Shown piece after piece: positions 26,932 through 36,542 of a stretch of DNA of 64,000 nucleotides; the stretch's first letter is position 1, and each line of letters opens with the position of its first letter. The notes below the pieces were generated by a model. It was not told the origin of the DNA and ran no database searches. It saw only the letters and a list, made by a program, of their open reading frames with translations. Origin of the DNA: Minisyncoccota bacterium (GTDB lineage Bacteria > Patescibacteriota > Minisyncoccia > Phycocordibacterales > UBA9973). Location: assembly GCA_041661005.1 (NCBI GenBank), contig JBAZVG010000001.1:671515-735514 (forward strand), given 5' to 3'. The translations under genes were made by a program, and so were the position numbers.

Positions 26932-28053
26932 TTATTGACTCTCTAAAAATTGAAATATTTTTTCGTTGGTTAAAACATTTTCTGCGTGTATTTTGGCACG
27001 TTCCGGATCCGCATCCTTATAGTGTTCTAAGATAACCGCAACTTCTTTGGCTACAAGATCTTGATCAGCTACTATTTTTTCAACTTTAGCAATTTCATTT
27101 AAAACAAGAGCTAGTTTGGCTTTTTTTTCTCCATCATTTTTGAATTCTTTTCTCAAATCTTCTTTGGTTTTATTCAAGTGTTTCAGATAATCTTCAAACT
27201 TGAGCCCCATCTGGGTGATGTCGGATTCCATTCTATATAAAATTTTATCCAATTCAACCTCAATTAAAATCTCTGGCACATCAAAAGTGCTGTCTTCAAT
27301 TATTTTTTCAATTATTTTCAGCCTTGTTTTTTCTTTTTGTTGATTTCCTTTTTCTAATTTTAGATTTTCTTTCAGTTTTACCTTAAAATCAGCCACATCC
27401 TTAAACGGTCCGAGGGCTTGCACAAAATCGTCGTTGAATTCCGGTAATTTCCCGATGCTCTGATCTTCGTCAGAGGTCGGGATCCCGACTCCATCGGACG
27501 TCGGGACTTTTTCGTGTTTATGTTCTTCGCCCTCCTTGTGCACATGATGTTCGACTTCTGTGATGTGCTTTTTAGGCGCCCGGGATTTTCTGATGTCCAT
27601 TATGGTGGCCTCCAAATCTTGCTCAGTTACATCTATATTTTTTTCAGCGTCAGTGAGATTCCCGATAACTTTTTTAGCGATGTCTTTATAAGAGGGGAGT
27701 TTAATTTCCGGCAATACAGCGGTTTTTATCTTGAATCCTAGTGGATTTTTTCTGGCCAGTTTTGTAATAGAAATTTCCGGTCGACTTATGGCGTCGATTT
27801 TATTTTCTTCGAGGATTTTAGGATAATGTTCGCCAAGCGCCAATTCTGCCATTTCTTCTAGGATGCGAATTTCAGGGATATTAGAGAGCAAAACATTTTC
27901 GGGTATTTTTCCATTTCTAAATCCGTCTAATTTCAAGTTTTCACCGAGTCTCTTCAGCGCTTTTGAAAAATAACTTTCAAATACTTCTGTTTCCAGTTCT
28001 CCCTCAATTTCTACTTCGCTTTTTGGTAATTTTTTTATATTTATTTTTAGCAT
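26932..28053 (-). CDS. tig: Trigger factor (PPIase domain apparently absent)
   Basis: DGFRNGKIP ribosome-binding loop, C-terminal chaperone domain, next to clpP. Confidence 0.92.
   Translation of the reverse strand: MLKINIKKLPKSEVEIEGELETEVFESYFSKALKRLGENLKLDGFRNGKIPENVLLSNIPEIRILEEMAELALGEHYPKILEENKIDAISRPEISITKLARKNPLGFKIKTAVLPEIKLPSYKDIAKKVIGNLTDAEKNIDVTEQDLEATIMDIRKSRAPKKHITEVEHHVHKEGEEHKHEKVPTSDGVGIPTSDEDQSIGKLPEFNDDFVQALGPFKDVADFKVKLKENLKLEKGNQQKEKTRLKIIEKIIEDSTFDVPEILIEVELDKILYRMESDITQMGLKFEDYLKHLNKTKEDLRKEFKNDGEKKAKLALVLNEIAKVEKIVADQDLVAKEVAVILEHYKDADPERAKIHAENVLTNEKIFQFLESQ
27450..27506. repeat. 57-nt double hairpin in frame in tig
   Basis: TCCCGA..TCGGGA-TCCCGAC..GTCGGGA; encodes PTSDGVGIPTSDEDQSIG. 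Confidence 0.8.
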
Positions 28054-28086
28054 ACAGCTATACTATCTTTGTCGAGGCCTTTTGTC

Positions 28087-28122
28087 AAAAAGACCCATCG
28101 CTTGCATGCAATGGGTCTTTTT
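28087..28122. terminator. Intrinsic terminator
   Basis: AAAAAGACCCAT..ATGGGTCTTTTT. Confidence 0.75.
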
Positions 28123-28141
28123 TCTTCCGTTTTTAGTTTTC

Positions 28142-28378
28142 TTATTGGACGCTATTTATAGCATTAGCTCCCACATCAATGTCTGCTACATCAACCTCTT
28201 GTCCCAAGGTGTCCAGTTCAGTTGAATCTGTTGTTGATACAGATTCTGTCTGACCATTGATGGTATTGGTTGCAGGACTTTTATTTGATTGCCACAAATA
28301 TATTCCGCCTATAATGAGGATTATAATGATAACGATTAATCCAACAAGAGCTCCGTTTGATTTTTTTTCTGGGTCCAT
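28142..28378 (-). CDS. Small single-TM protein
   Basis: GALVGLIVIIIILIIGGIYLW with an acidic tail. Confidence 0.75.
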   Translation of the reverse strand: MDPEKKSNGALVGLIVIIIILIIGGIYLWQSNKSPATNTINGQTESVSTTDSTELDTLGQEVDVADIDVGANAINSVQ

Positions 28379-28449
28379 GTTTTTTTTAAGTTAATTGATA
28401 ATTTTAACCTCTAGATTAATAAATTTTTTGTGATAGGTTTTTTGGTCTA

Positions 28450-29343
28450 CTAGTCGTTGTCACTTTCTTCTGTTTCTCCGGCGCTAGCTTTGTCTGCTTC
28501 CATTTTTATCTTTGTTGCGTCCTTCAAAGCTTTTATCGAATCTTTTAACGCTTGATGCGCTTCTCTCACCGAGGTTTGGATTTCCTGGGTTAATGTTCTT
28601 AGCTTTGTCTTATTTTCCTTGGTAAGTTCATTGGTCGAAACGACTAGCAATGTATTAGCTTCTAGTATTTTTTCTTTCGCGATGTTTAGCTTTGTTTCGG
28701 CTATCGTTATGAAGCTTTTTGCTGTCGTGGCATCTACCCCTTTCAACTCAAGGGCTGTTATTCTGGCAACGATTTTATCTTTCAGGCTAGTTATTCTTGC
28801 TACCACTCCATCAAATCTTTCTAGCGCTTTCTCTCTGCCTTCTACTCGGACTTCTTTTATCTTTGCTTTTGCCTCATCCTTTTCACTCTTGATACTTTCT
28901 CTCAAAGCTTCCATTTTCACTTTGGCTTCTTCTCTCTTTATTTCCAGTTCTTTCTTCAGCGCCTCTCTTTTAATCTCGAATTCTCTTTTTATTTCCTCTC
29001 TTTTTATTTTTGCGTCTTTATCTATATCATCATTTTTACCATCATTGTCATTATCAAATGGTTTTAGATCTTTTAGATCAGAGATGCCATCGTCATCATC
29101 ATCTTGGTCCACAGAGTTAATAATTCCATCGTCGTCGTTATCTTGGTCTTTTGAATCATCACTTCTATCGTCATTTTTATCTTCGTCTTCATTATTGTCA
29201 TCTAATGATTCAACTTTTGCGCTATCGTCGTCTGAATCTCTTCCGCCATTTTCTGCACGAACAACTTTGGCGTTTAGAAAAACCATTAACGCTAGAACAA
29301 TAAACAATGCCAAATATTTTTTCATAAATGTTTTTTTCGCCAA
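28450..29343 (-). CDS. Secreted protein with Asp-rich (DxDxDG, possibly Ca-binding) repeats and a long coiled coil
   Basis: Signal peptide (VRA), DQDNDDDGII.., K/E-rich helices. Confidence 0.75.
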   Translation of the reverse strand: MAKKTFMKKYLALFIVLALMVFLNAKVVRAENGGRDSDDDSAKVESLDDNNEDEDKNDDRSDDSKDQDNDDDGIINSVDQDDDDDGISDLKDLKPFDNDNDGKNDDIDKDAKIKREEIKREFEIKREALKKELEIKREEAKVKMEALRESIKSEKDEAKAKIKEVRVEGREKALERFDGVVARITSLKDKIVARITALELKGVDATTAKSFITIAETKLNIAKEKILEANTLLVVSTNELTKENKTKLRTLTQEIQTSVREAHQALKDSIKALKDATKIKMEADKASAGETEESDND

Positions 29344-29381
29344 CTGGCAATCTATTAAATTAATAATTCAACCTCAGTAGA

Positions 29382-31415
29382 TTATACCAGAAAAGCCACG
29401 ATAAGCAAAGCAACAATGTTCAAGATTTTGATCATTGGGTTTATAGCAGGACCGGCAGTGTCTTTATATGGGTCGCCGACAGTATCTCCAGTAACTGCAG
29501 CTTTGTGCGCATCGCTTCCTTTACCGCCATGGTTGCCTTGTTCAATGTGTTTCTTGGCGTTGTCCCATGCGCCTCCGCCAGATGTCATGGAAATTGCCAC
29601 GAAGAGTCCAGTGACAATAGAGCCTACAAGAAGCCCTCCTAAAACTACCAGACCATTTTCTTTGCCAAAGATTACAATCACTAAAATTGGCGCGACGACT
29701 GGTATGAGCGCTGGCAGGATCATTTGTTTTATGGCTGCTCCCGTGATAATCGATACAGCTTTTGCGTAATCCGGTTTAGCTTTGCCTTCCATGATTCCTT
29801 TTATTTCTCTAAACTGTCTTCTGATCTCTTCAACCACTTTGCCGGCAGTTTTTCCTACAGCCTCCATACAAAGCGCGCCAAAATAATATGGCAATAGTCC
29901 CCCAATAAAAAGACCGACAATAACGTATGGATTGCTCAAATCAAAAGTTATGCTTTTGCCTGCTTTTACTATTTCTTCGGTATAGGAAGCAAAAAGAACA
30001 AGGGCGGCCAAGCCTGCAGAACCGATGGCGTAGCCTTTGGTGACAGCTTTCGTGGTATTTCCCACGGCATCCAATGGATCAGTGACGTCTCGAACCTCTT
30101 TTGGAAGTTCTGCCATTTCTGCGATACCTCCTGCATTATCCGTGATGGGGCCGTATGCATCTATTGCCACGATAATTCCCGTCATTGAAAGCATGGACAT
30201 GGCGGCAACCGCGATTCCGTAAAGTCCGCCGTAGTTGTAGCTAACCAATATTCCCAAAACTATTGTGATCAATGGCCATGCGGTGGATTTCATTGAGATG
30301 GCTAAACCTTGGATGACATTTGTGCCATGACCAGAAACTGATGCTAGGGCTATGGATCTGACGGGGGAGTATTTTGTAGAGGTAAAGTATTCTGTGATAA
30401 GCACGAGGGCTCCGGTGACAAAAAGACCAACCAAAGAACAGATGAATAGAGCTGATATGGAATATTTCCCATTTCCAGACATCAGTAATTCAGTAACAGG
30501 GTAGAAAAGAGCAGCAGCGATCAACCCAGAAGCAATCAAACCTTTATATAGCGCGCCCATTATATTTACCCCGTCCTTGGCGGGGTTTTGAGATTTACCC
30601 AAACGCACAAACCAGGTGCCGACGATTGACGCGAATATTGCCATTCCGCCAATTACTAGCGGATAAATAATTGCATTTTCGAATTTAACAAAGAGAAGCG
30701 AGCCAAGCAACATTGTAGCTACTGAGGTGACAGCGTAAGTTTCAAAAAGATCGGCAGCCATACCAGCGCAGTCTCCGACATTGTCTCCGACATTGTCCGC
30801 AATAACCCCAGGATTCCTAGGATCATCCTCCGGAATGCCTGCTTCGAGTTTACCAACAAGGTCAGCTCCGACATCAGCTGCTTTGGTAAATATTCCTCCA
30901 CCTAATCTCGCAAAAACAGAGATAAGTGAAGCGCCAAAACCAAGCCCTACGAGAGCCGTGACATCTTTTGTAATAGCATAAAATAAGGTTACTCCGAGCA
31001 GGGCAAGTCCAACCACTAAAAGTCCAGTGACTGTTCCGCCTTTGAACGCCAGAGAAAGGGCGCTATTGATTCCACTTCTTGCGGCTTCAGTTGTTCTGAC
31101 ATTTGCTCTGACTGACACATTCATACCAATGTAACCCGCAAGAGCAGAAAAAATTGCTCCGACTAAAAATCCGAAAGCCATAGTCCAGCCAAGTTTTGGA
31201 ATAAAACCAATGACAAAGAAAAGTAATGTGGCAATGACGCCAATAGTTTTATACTGTTTATTCAAATAAGCTTGAGCTCCTTCTTGGATAGCTTTTGCAA
31301 TCTCTTGCATGCGAGCATTTCCTGGGCTCTTTTTTAAAATCGATTTTGCTAAAAATAGACCATAAACGATAGCAACCACTGCACTCACAATCGCAAACAA
31401 TAAAAATTGATTCAT
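29382..31415 (-). CDS. hppA: Membrane-bound pyrophosphatase, probably K+-independent H+-PPase
   Basis: [32 protein letters not shown] (Lys variant), [11 protein letters not shown]. Confidence 0.96.
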   Translation of the reverse strand: MNQFLLFAIVSAVVAIVYGLFLAKSILKKSPGNARMQEIAKAIQEGAQAYLNKQYKTIGVIATLLFFVIGFIPKLGWTMAFGFLVGAIFSALAGYIGMNVSVRANVRTTEAARSGINSALSLAFKGGTVTGLLVVGLALLGVTLFYAITKDVTALVGLGFGASLISVFARLGGGIFTKAADVGADLVGKLEAGIPEDDPRNPGVIADNVGDNVGDCAGMAADLFETYAVTSVATMLLGSLLFVKFENAIIYPLVIGGMAIFASIVGTWFVRLGKSQNPAKDGVNIMGALYKGLIASGLIAAALFYPVTELLMSGNGKYSISALFICSLVGLFVTGALVLITEYFTSTKYSPVRSIALASVSGHGTNVIQGLAISMKSTAWPLITIVLGILVSYNYGGLYGIAVAAMSMLSMTGIIVAIDAYGPITDNAGGIAEMAELPKEVRDVTDPLDAVGNTTKAVTKGYAIGSAGLAALVLFASYTEEIVKAGKSITFDLSNPYVIVGLFIGGLLPYYFGALCMEAVGKTAGKVVEEIRRQFREIKGIMEGKAKPDYAKAVSIITGAAIKQMILPALIPVVAPILVIVIFGKENGLVVLGGLLVGSIVTGLFVAISMTSGGGAWDNAKKHIEQGNHGGKGSDAHKAAVTGDTVGDPYKDTAGPAINPMIKILNIVALLIVAFLV
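30565..30585 (+). repeat. 21-nt hairpin element in frame in hppA
   Basis: TTTA-CCCCGTCC-TT-GGCGGGG; resembles 45923-45943; encodes PAKDGV. Confidence 0.55.
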
Positions 31416-31435
31416 GTTTTTTCTTGTTTCCTATA

Positions 31436-31468
31436 CTCCATCTCGCTGGTTAGCGAGAAATGGGTAAG
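31436..31468 (-). repeat. Hairpin element between nusA and hppA
   Basis: Minus strand CTTA-CCCATTTCTCGCT-AACC-AGCGAGATGGAG. Confidence 0.45.
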
Positions 31469-31484
31469 TTATTTAATAATAATT

Positions 31485-32693
31485 TTATTCTTCTTTAACT
31501 TTTACACTATCTTCATCTGTCACTGTAACTTCTTTTCCATTGCCTTTAATGTCTATTCTCCATCCAGTTAGTTTAGCCGCTAGGCGCACATTTTGTCCAC
31601 CCTTACCGATGGCAAGAGAAAGTTGGTCGTCAGCCACTTCTACGGTGGCCTTATGATCTTTCTCGTCTATTTCGATAGAAATAACTTTTGCTGGAGAAAT
31701 GGAATTGGAAACAAAAATCTTCGGATCTTCTGACCATGGAATGATGTCTATTTTTTCTCCACCCAACTCCTGTGTGATAGTGTTTACTCGCGTGCCTTTT
31801 TGTCCGACGCACGAGCCGACGGCGTCAATGTGTTCATCGTTTGAATGCACCGCTATTTTAGAGCGAGCGCCCGGTTCTCTGGCGATGGATTTTATTTCAA
31901 CAATCCCGTTTTGAATTTCTGGCGCTTCCATGGCAAAAAGTTTTTCTATGAATTTTGGATGCGCGCGAGATAGGCGCAGGTTTATGCCCCTTGGTGTGTC
32001 TTCCACGCTGTAGAGGTAAGCGCGCACACGTTGCCCCCTTTCCCAGAATTCTCCTGGTATTTGTTCTTCCATGGGTAATATGCCGGTAGCGCGATTGAAA
32101 TCAATATAGACATTTCCTCTCTCTACTTTTTGCACTATGCCTCCGATAATTTCTCCTTCTTTTGTGCCATATTCATCAATGATAGATGTGCGTTCAGCTT
32201 CGCGTATTTTTTGGATTATTACTTGCTTGGCGGTTTGAGCGGCGATACGTCCGTAATCTTCTTTTGATTCCAGTGGAAAAATAATCTCATCATTTAACTC
32301 TACCCCTTTTTTTATTTTTTTTGCATCTTCCAAGAGCATGTGGTGTTCTGCATTAAAATGAGCTCGCTCATCTCCTGCGTCTTTGAGAGAATATTCCCTA
32401 AACGCTTCTGCTGAAGCGTCGGGCGATCCGGCTTTGCCGGATTTAGCCTCCTCTCTCTTGTCTCCATCTATGATGGCGATGCTTTCGTCTACCACAATCT
32501 TTACTTGAAAAAAGTCTGTCTTTCCAGTTTCCAGGTCAAACTTGGCGCGGATGATTTGTCCTTTTTTGCCATAATCTTTCTTGTACGCAGCAGCCATAGC
32601 TTGCTCGATAGCGTCCAATATTTTTTCTTTTGGAATTTTTCTCTCTTCTTCCAATTGTTCCAATGCCGACTTGAATGTTTTTAGATCTAACAT
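31485..32693 (-). CDS. nusA: Transcription factor NusA
   Basis: [13 protein letters not shown]1 domain, [27 protein letters not shown]. Confidence 0.98.
   Translation of the reverse strand: MLDLKTFKSALEQLEEERKIPKEKILDAIEQAMAAAYKKDYGKKGQIIRAKFDLETGKTDFFQVKIVVDESIAIIDGDKREEAKSGKAGSPDASAEAFREYSLKDAGDERAHFNAEHHMLLEDAKKIKKGVELNDEIIFPLESKEDYGRIAAQTAKQVIIQKIREAERTSIIDEYGTKEGEIIGGIVQKVERGNVYIDFNRATGILPMEEQIPGEFWERGQRVRAYLYSVEDTPRGINLRLSRAHPKFIEKLFAMEAPEIQNGIVEIKSIAREPGARSKIAVHSNDEHIDAVGSCVGQKGTRVNTITQELGGEKIDIIPWSEDPKIFVSNSISPAKVISIEIDEKDHKATVEVADDQLSLAIGKGGQNVRLAAKLTGWRIDIKGNGKEVTVTDEDSVKVKEE
32396..32442. repeat. Two adjacent GC hairpins in frame in nusA
   Basis: ACGCTTC-TGCT-GAAGCGT and ATCCGGC-TTT-GCCGGAT; encodes [15 protein letters not shown]. 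Confidence 0.7.
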
Positions 32694-32859
32694 ATAGTTA
32701 TTTTATTTAATTTTATTAAAAAAAGCCCTGTTTTGACAGGACTCATACGCATCAAGAATACCACAATCTTTTTTTTAACGCAAATGCTTTAGTTATCCAC
32801 ATTGTAAATTTTAATTATTTACCGACTAATAATTTCAGTGTTATAATACAGAATACTAT

Positions 32860-33810
32860 ATGAGTTTCAATAATATAAACCACAGAAAACTATTTCTAAT
32901 TATCACTTTTTCCCTTCTTTCTTTCTTAGCGATAAATTCGCAAGTTCGATCTGCTCCGTCACCAACACCCATCTCTGGCTGGGCTTGGTCTTCGAATATT
33001 GGTTGGATCAGCTTTAGTTCCAGCAATGATCATGATGCGAATACTGCTGGAACTCAACAATCAGCATTTAGTTATGGTGTTAATAAAAATTCGAGCGGTG
33101 ATCTTACAGGATATGCCTGGTCGTCAAACATCGGTTGGATACAATTCGGTGGGCTTGCCGGCTGGCCAACGGGAGGTGGCACCACAGGGTCAAATGCAAA
33201 AATTGTCGGTAATTCTCTTGTCGGCTGGGCCAAGGCGCTTTCTGCCGACGGTAATGGTTGGGATGGTTGGATTTCTTTGGATGGAACAAATTATGATATC
33301 ACTTTGACCACTGCCGCTGGCGCTTTTTGTCCATCGGTAGATTGTACGGGATATGATTTTGCGTGGGGTTCGGATGTTGTGGGTTGGGTTGGTTTTGATG
33401 GTGTTATTGATTCCAATGCGCCTGCGCCCAGTGTCAGTCTTTCGGCAAGTGATACTAACATAACTTCAGGTCAACCTTCCACTCTTACGTGGGTTGCAAT
33501 TAATTCCACATCATGTGACGCTACTTTTACATCAAGCAATTCAGTATCAGGCTCTCAGTCAGTCAGTCCTACAACAGAGACTACATACAGTATTTCCTGT
33601 ATTGGAATAAATGGTAGTACTGTAACAGACAGTGTTACCATATATATCGATGTTGTGCCCAGTGGTTGGGTTGTGGTTTGGGGAGCTTGTGTTGACGGAA
33701 CCAAAACAGGAACTGCCACTTGCCCTGAAGGAGTTACTTGTACCCCTTCCACTCCTCCTGATCCTATAACTCTACCGTGTGTTAAAAAACCTATTTTTAT
33801 TGAACATTAG
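32860..33810 (+). CDS. Secreted protein with G(W/Y)AWS..IGWI repeats
   Basis: Signal peptide, four GW-rich repeats, Ig-like domain, Cys-rich tail ending KPIFIEH. Confidence 0.85.
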   Translation: MSFNNINHRKLFLIITFSLLSFLAINSQVRSAPSPTPISGWAWSSNIGWISFSSSNDHDANTAGTQQSAFSYGVNKNSSGDLTGYAWSSNIGWIQFGGLAGWPTGGGTTGSNAKIVGNSLVGWAKALSADGNGWDGWISLDGTNYDITLTTAAGAFCPSVDCTGYDFAWGSDVVGWVGFDGVIDSNAPAPSVSLSASDTNITSGQPSTLTWVAINSTSCDATFTSSNSVSGSQSVSPTTETTYSISCIGINGSTVTDSVTIYIDVVPSGWVVVWGACVDGTKTGTATCPEGVTCTPSTPPDPITLPCVKKPIFIEH

Positions 33811-33837
33811 TAGATTAAAAAAAATTTCTAAAAATAT

Positions 33838-36471
33838 ATGAAAAAAATTATTTTGGTTGCGTTTGTTTTGTGGTTGGGTATTTCAGCGACAAGCGCTGAG
33901 GCAGGAACAAGTTCGGTGGTTGCTACTGTAAATATCTATAATGCAAGAATTGAATCTCAGAACGAAAATACTTTTAATATTTCTTTCGATCTTTCAAACC
34001 GTGAAGGTGTTCAGTCTGGAATCAAATATTCAACCGTTCTCACAAAACTTCCGAGTAACGAGATTGTTGATGAGCAGGTATATGACGAGACACTCTCATT
34101 AAGTGAAAACGAAACTGTTTCTAAAAATATTACATATACTCCCTCTACATCTTTATCTTCGGGTGTTTATACGCTTTGGATTCAAAGTAAAAACGATCGA
34201 GGTTTCTCATTTGCAATGGCCGATCTTGGGAATGTCACATTGACTTCGTCAAAATCACCGAAAGTTGAAATTCTGTCGGATACTTGTTACTTGACCATAG
34301 ACAACAAAAAACCTGTTGAAAAATATTCCCTTATTCAAGGGTTGAGTATTAATTATGCGGATGTTCTCGTTGCCACATGCAAGGTTTCCAGCACCTTTCC
34401 TGCAACGACTCATTATGTCCCAACATTTGAAACTTATTTCAGATCAACCTTTGGCGATAAAGCAAACCAGACGAGTGATCCGACTAACCTTCTTGCAATA
34501 CCAAAAGGAGTCTCTTCAATCTCCGTAGTTATTCCAAAAGCAACACAACCTCAATCCTATGAGACTAAATTTTATTTAACCGATTCTAACGGTTTGAATA
34601 AATCTAACGCGGTCAACATCAATTACGTTCTCAAAGGAATTAGTGGAACTATACAGAATGCTGTTTTTGACAAGGATGCATACATAAAGGGGGATACCGC
34701 GCGTTTGCAAATTTTTGCTACTTTTCCCGAAGGGAATCAAAAACTAGATGTTGTGATAACAGATCAGAAAGGCGATGAGTGCGGTTCATTTACGAAACAA
34801 GATCTAAAAAACGATGAACCAGTTGTTGATGTTTCTGTTGAAATAGAAAAGGATTGTGAAAATCCAATTGCGCAAGTAACTCTTTCCGGCATATTGGATG
34901 GAAACTCAGGTTTTCAAACTCTTGATTCAAGAGAATTTCAGACGTCATTGGATTCTGAGTCCGCGACTGTGGCCAAACCTGGAGTGATTATTTTAATTGT
35001 TGCTGGAATTCTGTTGATACTCGCGGTTTTATTTTTCTCGTATAGAAATAAAAGAATAATCAAGATCTCTGTTTTGTTTTTATTTTTTATTGGGATATCG
35101 ATTTTTGGAGATGTTAGGGAAGCCAAAGCTGACACAGTGACATATACTCCTGATCCGGATGTGGGTACTTTCATATTTACACTCAGCACAAATAAATCCA
35201 TATATGATGTAGGAGAAAGGGTCAGAGTTACTGGATCGGTGACTTTTTTGTTGGCGCCGAGTCGATCTTCATTTGAAGGTATAGCTGTCTCTCCATATAT
35301 AACGGCGACAATTGACAATGTGCCACCTGCCAGAAAATTTTGGCAAGATCCCTACGATATACATTTCATAAGAACGTTTGGTTCAGCATCTTTGACATTT
35401 AATAGAGCTTTATCAATTGGGAATCATCATGCTGTCTCTAATAATTTTGGCAGTGTTTTTTTTGACTCTTCACTATCGTATGGAACTATCTCTGTGCCTT
35501 TTGAAGTGAGCGCGCTTGTTCCTCCCGTTGTCACTATTCAAGCAACTCCAGCCACTGTGGAACTTCCCGCAAATGATTCTACATTACTAGAATGGTCTGC
35601 GACGAATGATCCGACAGAATGTACTGCGTCTGGTGATTGGAGTGGAGATAAAGATGTTTCAGGTTCACAGACTATTTCTGGTCTTACGGTTGGAGAATAT
35701 ACATATACTTTGGTTTGTTCAAATGCAAGCGGGTCAAGTGCTCCGAGTAGCGCGAATGTGACGGTAATAAATCCTTTACTAGACGATATGTCTGGTGTCT
35801 TGCTTGCTAATCCAGTTCACTGCGATGTTCTCGAAGGGCAAAGAAGTTGCTACACAGATCTTGCTTGGAATGTAACTAATCCTGAAATTGTGGGTGGATC
35901 TACCGTGACTAGTAATACTGATAACGATGGAAATGTTTCACATAATTTTAGTATTATTCCGCCTGTAAGCTCGGGCACCACAGACTCTGGGACAAAATCA
36001 AATGTCGCTGTTTCGCACACGGGCAGAACATTTTTCCTATACAATAACGGTCACGAATTTCCCCCAATTACGGTAACTGCAAGTTGTGCTCCGGGGGCTG
36101 ATTGGAATGCTGGTACTAAAACCTGCAAGGTTGGTGGCAATGGCAATGGTAACGGTAACTGTACCGACGGTATAAGAAATGGGGACGAGACAGGTGTTGA
36201 TATTGGTGGCCGTTGTGGTGGTGGTATTGGTAACGGTAACTGTACCGACGGTATAAGAAATGGGGACGAGACAGGTGTTGATATTGGTGGCCGTTGTGGT
36301 GGTGGTATTGATGCCAGGGGTGTCTGTTCTGATGATCATTCTCTTCCTTGTTCTTCTGGTAGGCCTAGTGAAATTTTAAGTAGTCCGAGTCTTTGGACGT
36401 GGACTTGTTCAGGGACAGACACATCTGAATTGTGCACAGAACCTAAAAGTCCTATCTTTATAGAAGATTAA
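33838..36471 (+). CDS. Large surface protein with central TM pair and Cys-rich repeats
   Basis: AEA signal peptide, Ig-like domains, two central hydrophobic segments, CTDGIRNGDETGVD repeats, ends SPIFIED. Confidence 0.85.
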   Translation: MKKIILVAFVLWLGISATSAEAGTSSVVATVNIYNARIESQNENTFNISFDLSNREGVQSGIKYSTVLTKLPSNEIVDEQVYDETLSLSENETVSKNITYTPSTSLSSGVYTLWIQSKNDRGFSFAMADLGNVTLTSSKSPKVEILSDTCYLTIDNKKPVEKYSLIQGLSINYADVLVATCKVSSTFPATTHYVPTFETYFRSTFGDKANQTSDPTNLLAIPKGVSSISVVIPKATQPQSYETKFYLTDSNGLNKSNAVNINYVLKGISGTIQNAVFDKDAYIKGDTARLQIFATFPEGNQKLDVVITDQKGDECGSFTKQDLKNDEPVVDVSVEIEKDCENPIAQVTLSGILDGNSGFQTLDSREFQTSLDSESATVAKPGVIILIVAGILLILAVLFFSYRNKRIIKISVLFLFFIGISIFGDVREAKADTVTYTPDPDVGTFIFTLSTNKSIYDVGERVRVTGSVTFLLAPSRSSFEGIAVSPYITATIDNVPPARKFWQDPYDIHFIRTFGSASLTFNRALSIGNHHAVSNNFGSVFFDSSLSYGTISVPFEVSALVPPVVTIQATPATVELPANDSTLLEWSATNDPTECTASGDWSGDKDVSGSQTISGLTVGEYTYTLVCSNASGSSAPSSANVTVINPLLDDMSGVLLANPVHCDVLEGQRSCYTDLAWNVTNPEIVGGSTVTSNTDNDGNVSHNFSIIPPVSSGTTDSGTKSNVAVSHTGRTFFLYNNGHEFPPITVTASCAPGADWNAGTKTCKVGGNGNGNGNCTDGIRNGDETGVDIGGRCGGGIGNGNCTDGIRNGDETGVDIGGRCGGGIDARGVCSDDHSLPCSSGRPSEILSSPSLWTWTCSGTDTSELCTEPKSPIFIED
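36147..36310 (+). repeat. Exact 81-bp tandem duplication (27 aa twice)
   Basis: Units start at 36147 and 36228 and are identical. Confidence 0.95.
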
Positions 36472-36484
36472 TAAATCAGAAAGC

Positions 36485-36529
36485 AACAAAAAATCCTCGT
36501 TGATATTTATATTTCGAGGATTTTTTGTT
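36485..36529. terminator. Terminator-like hairpin next to the pilB -10 box
   Basis: AACAAAAAATCCTCG / CGAGGATTTTTTGTT. Confidence 0.65.
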
Positions 36530-36542
36530 ATACTGTGTACGT

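Noticed and set aside
28619-29380. 253-aa Ser/Leu/Phe-rich plus-strand ORF
   Set aside because: Antisense of a low-complexity K/E/D-rich gene.
32793-32801. Perfect DnaA box TTATCCACA (near matches at 19902, 24259, 54894)
   Set aside because: Isolated boxes with no cluster or dnaA/dnaN nearby, so not called as an origin.
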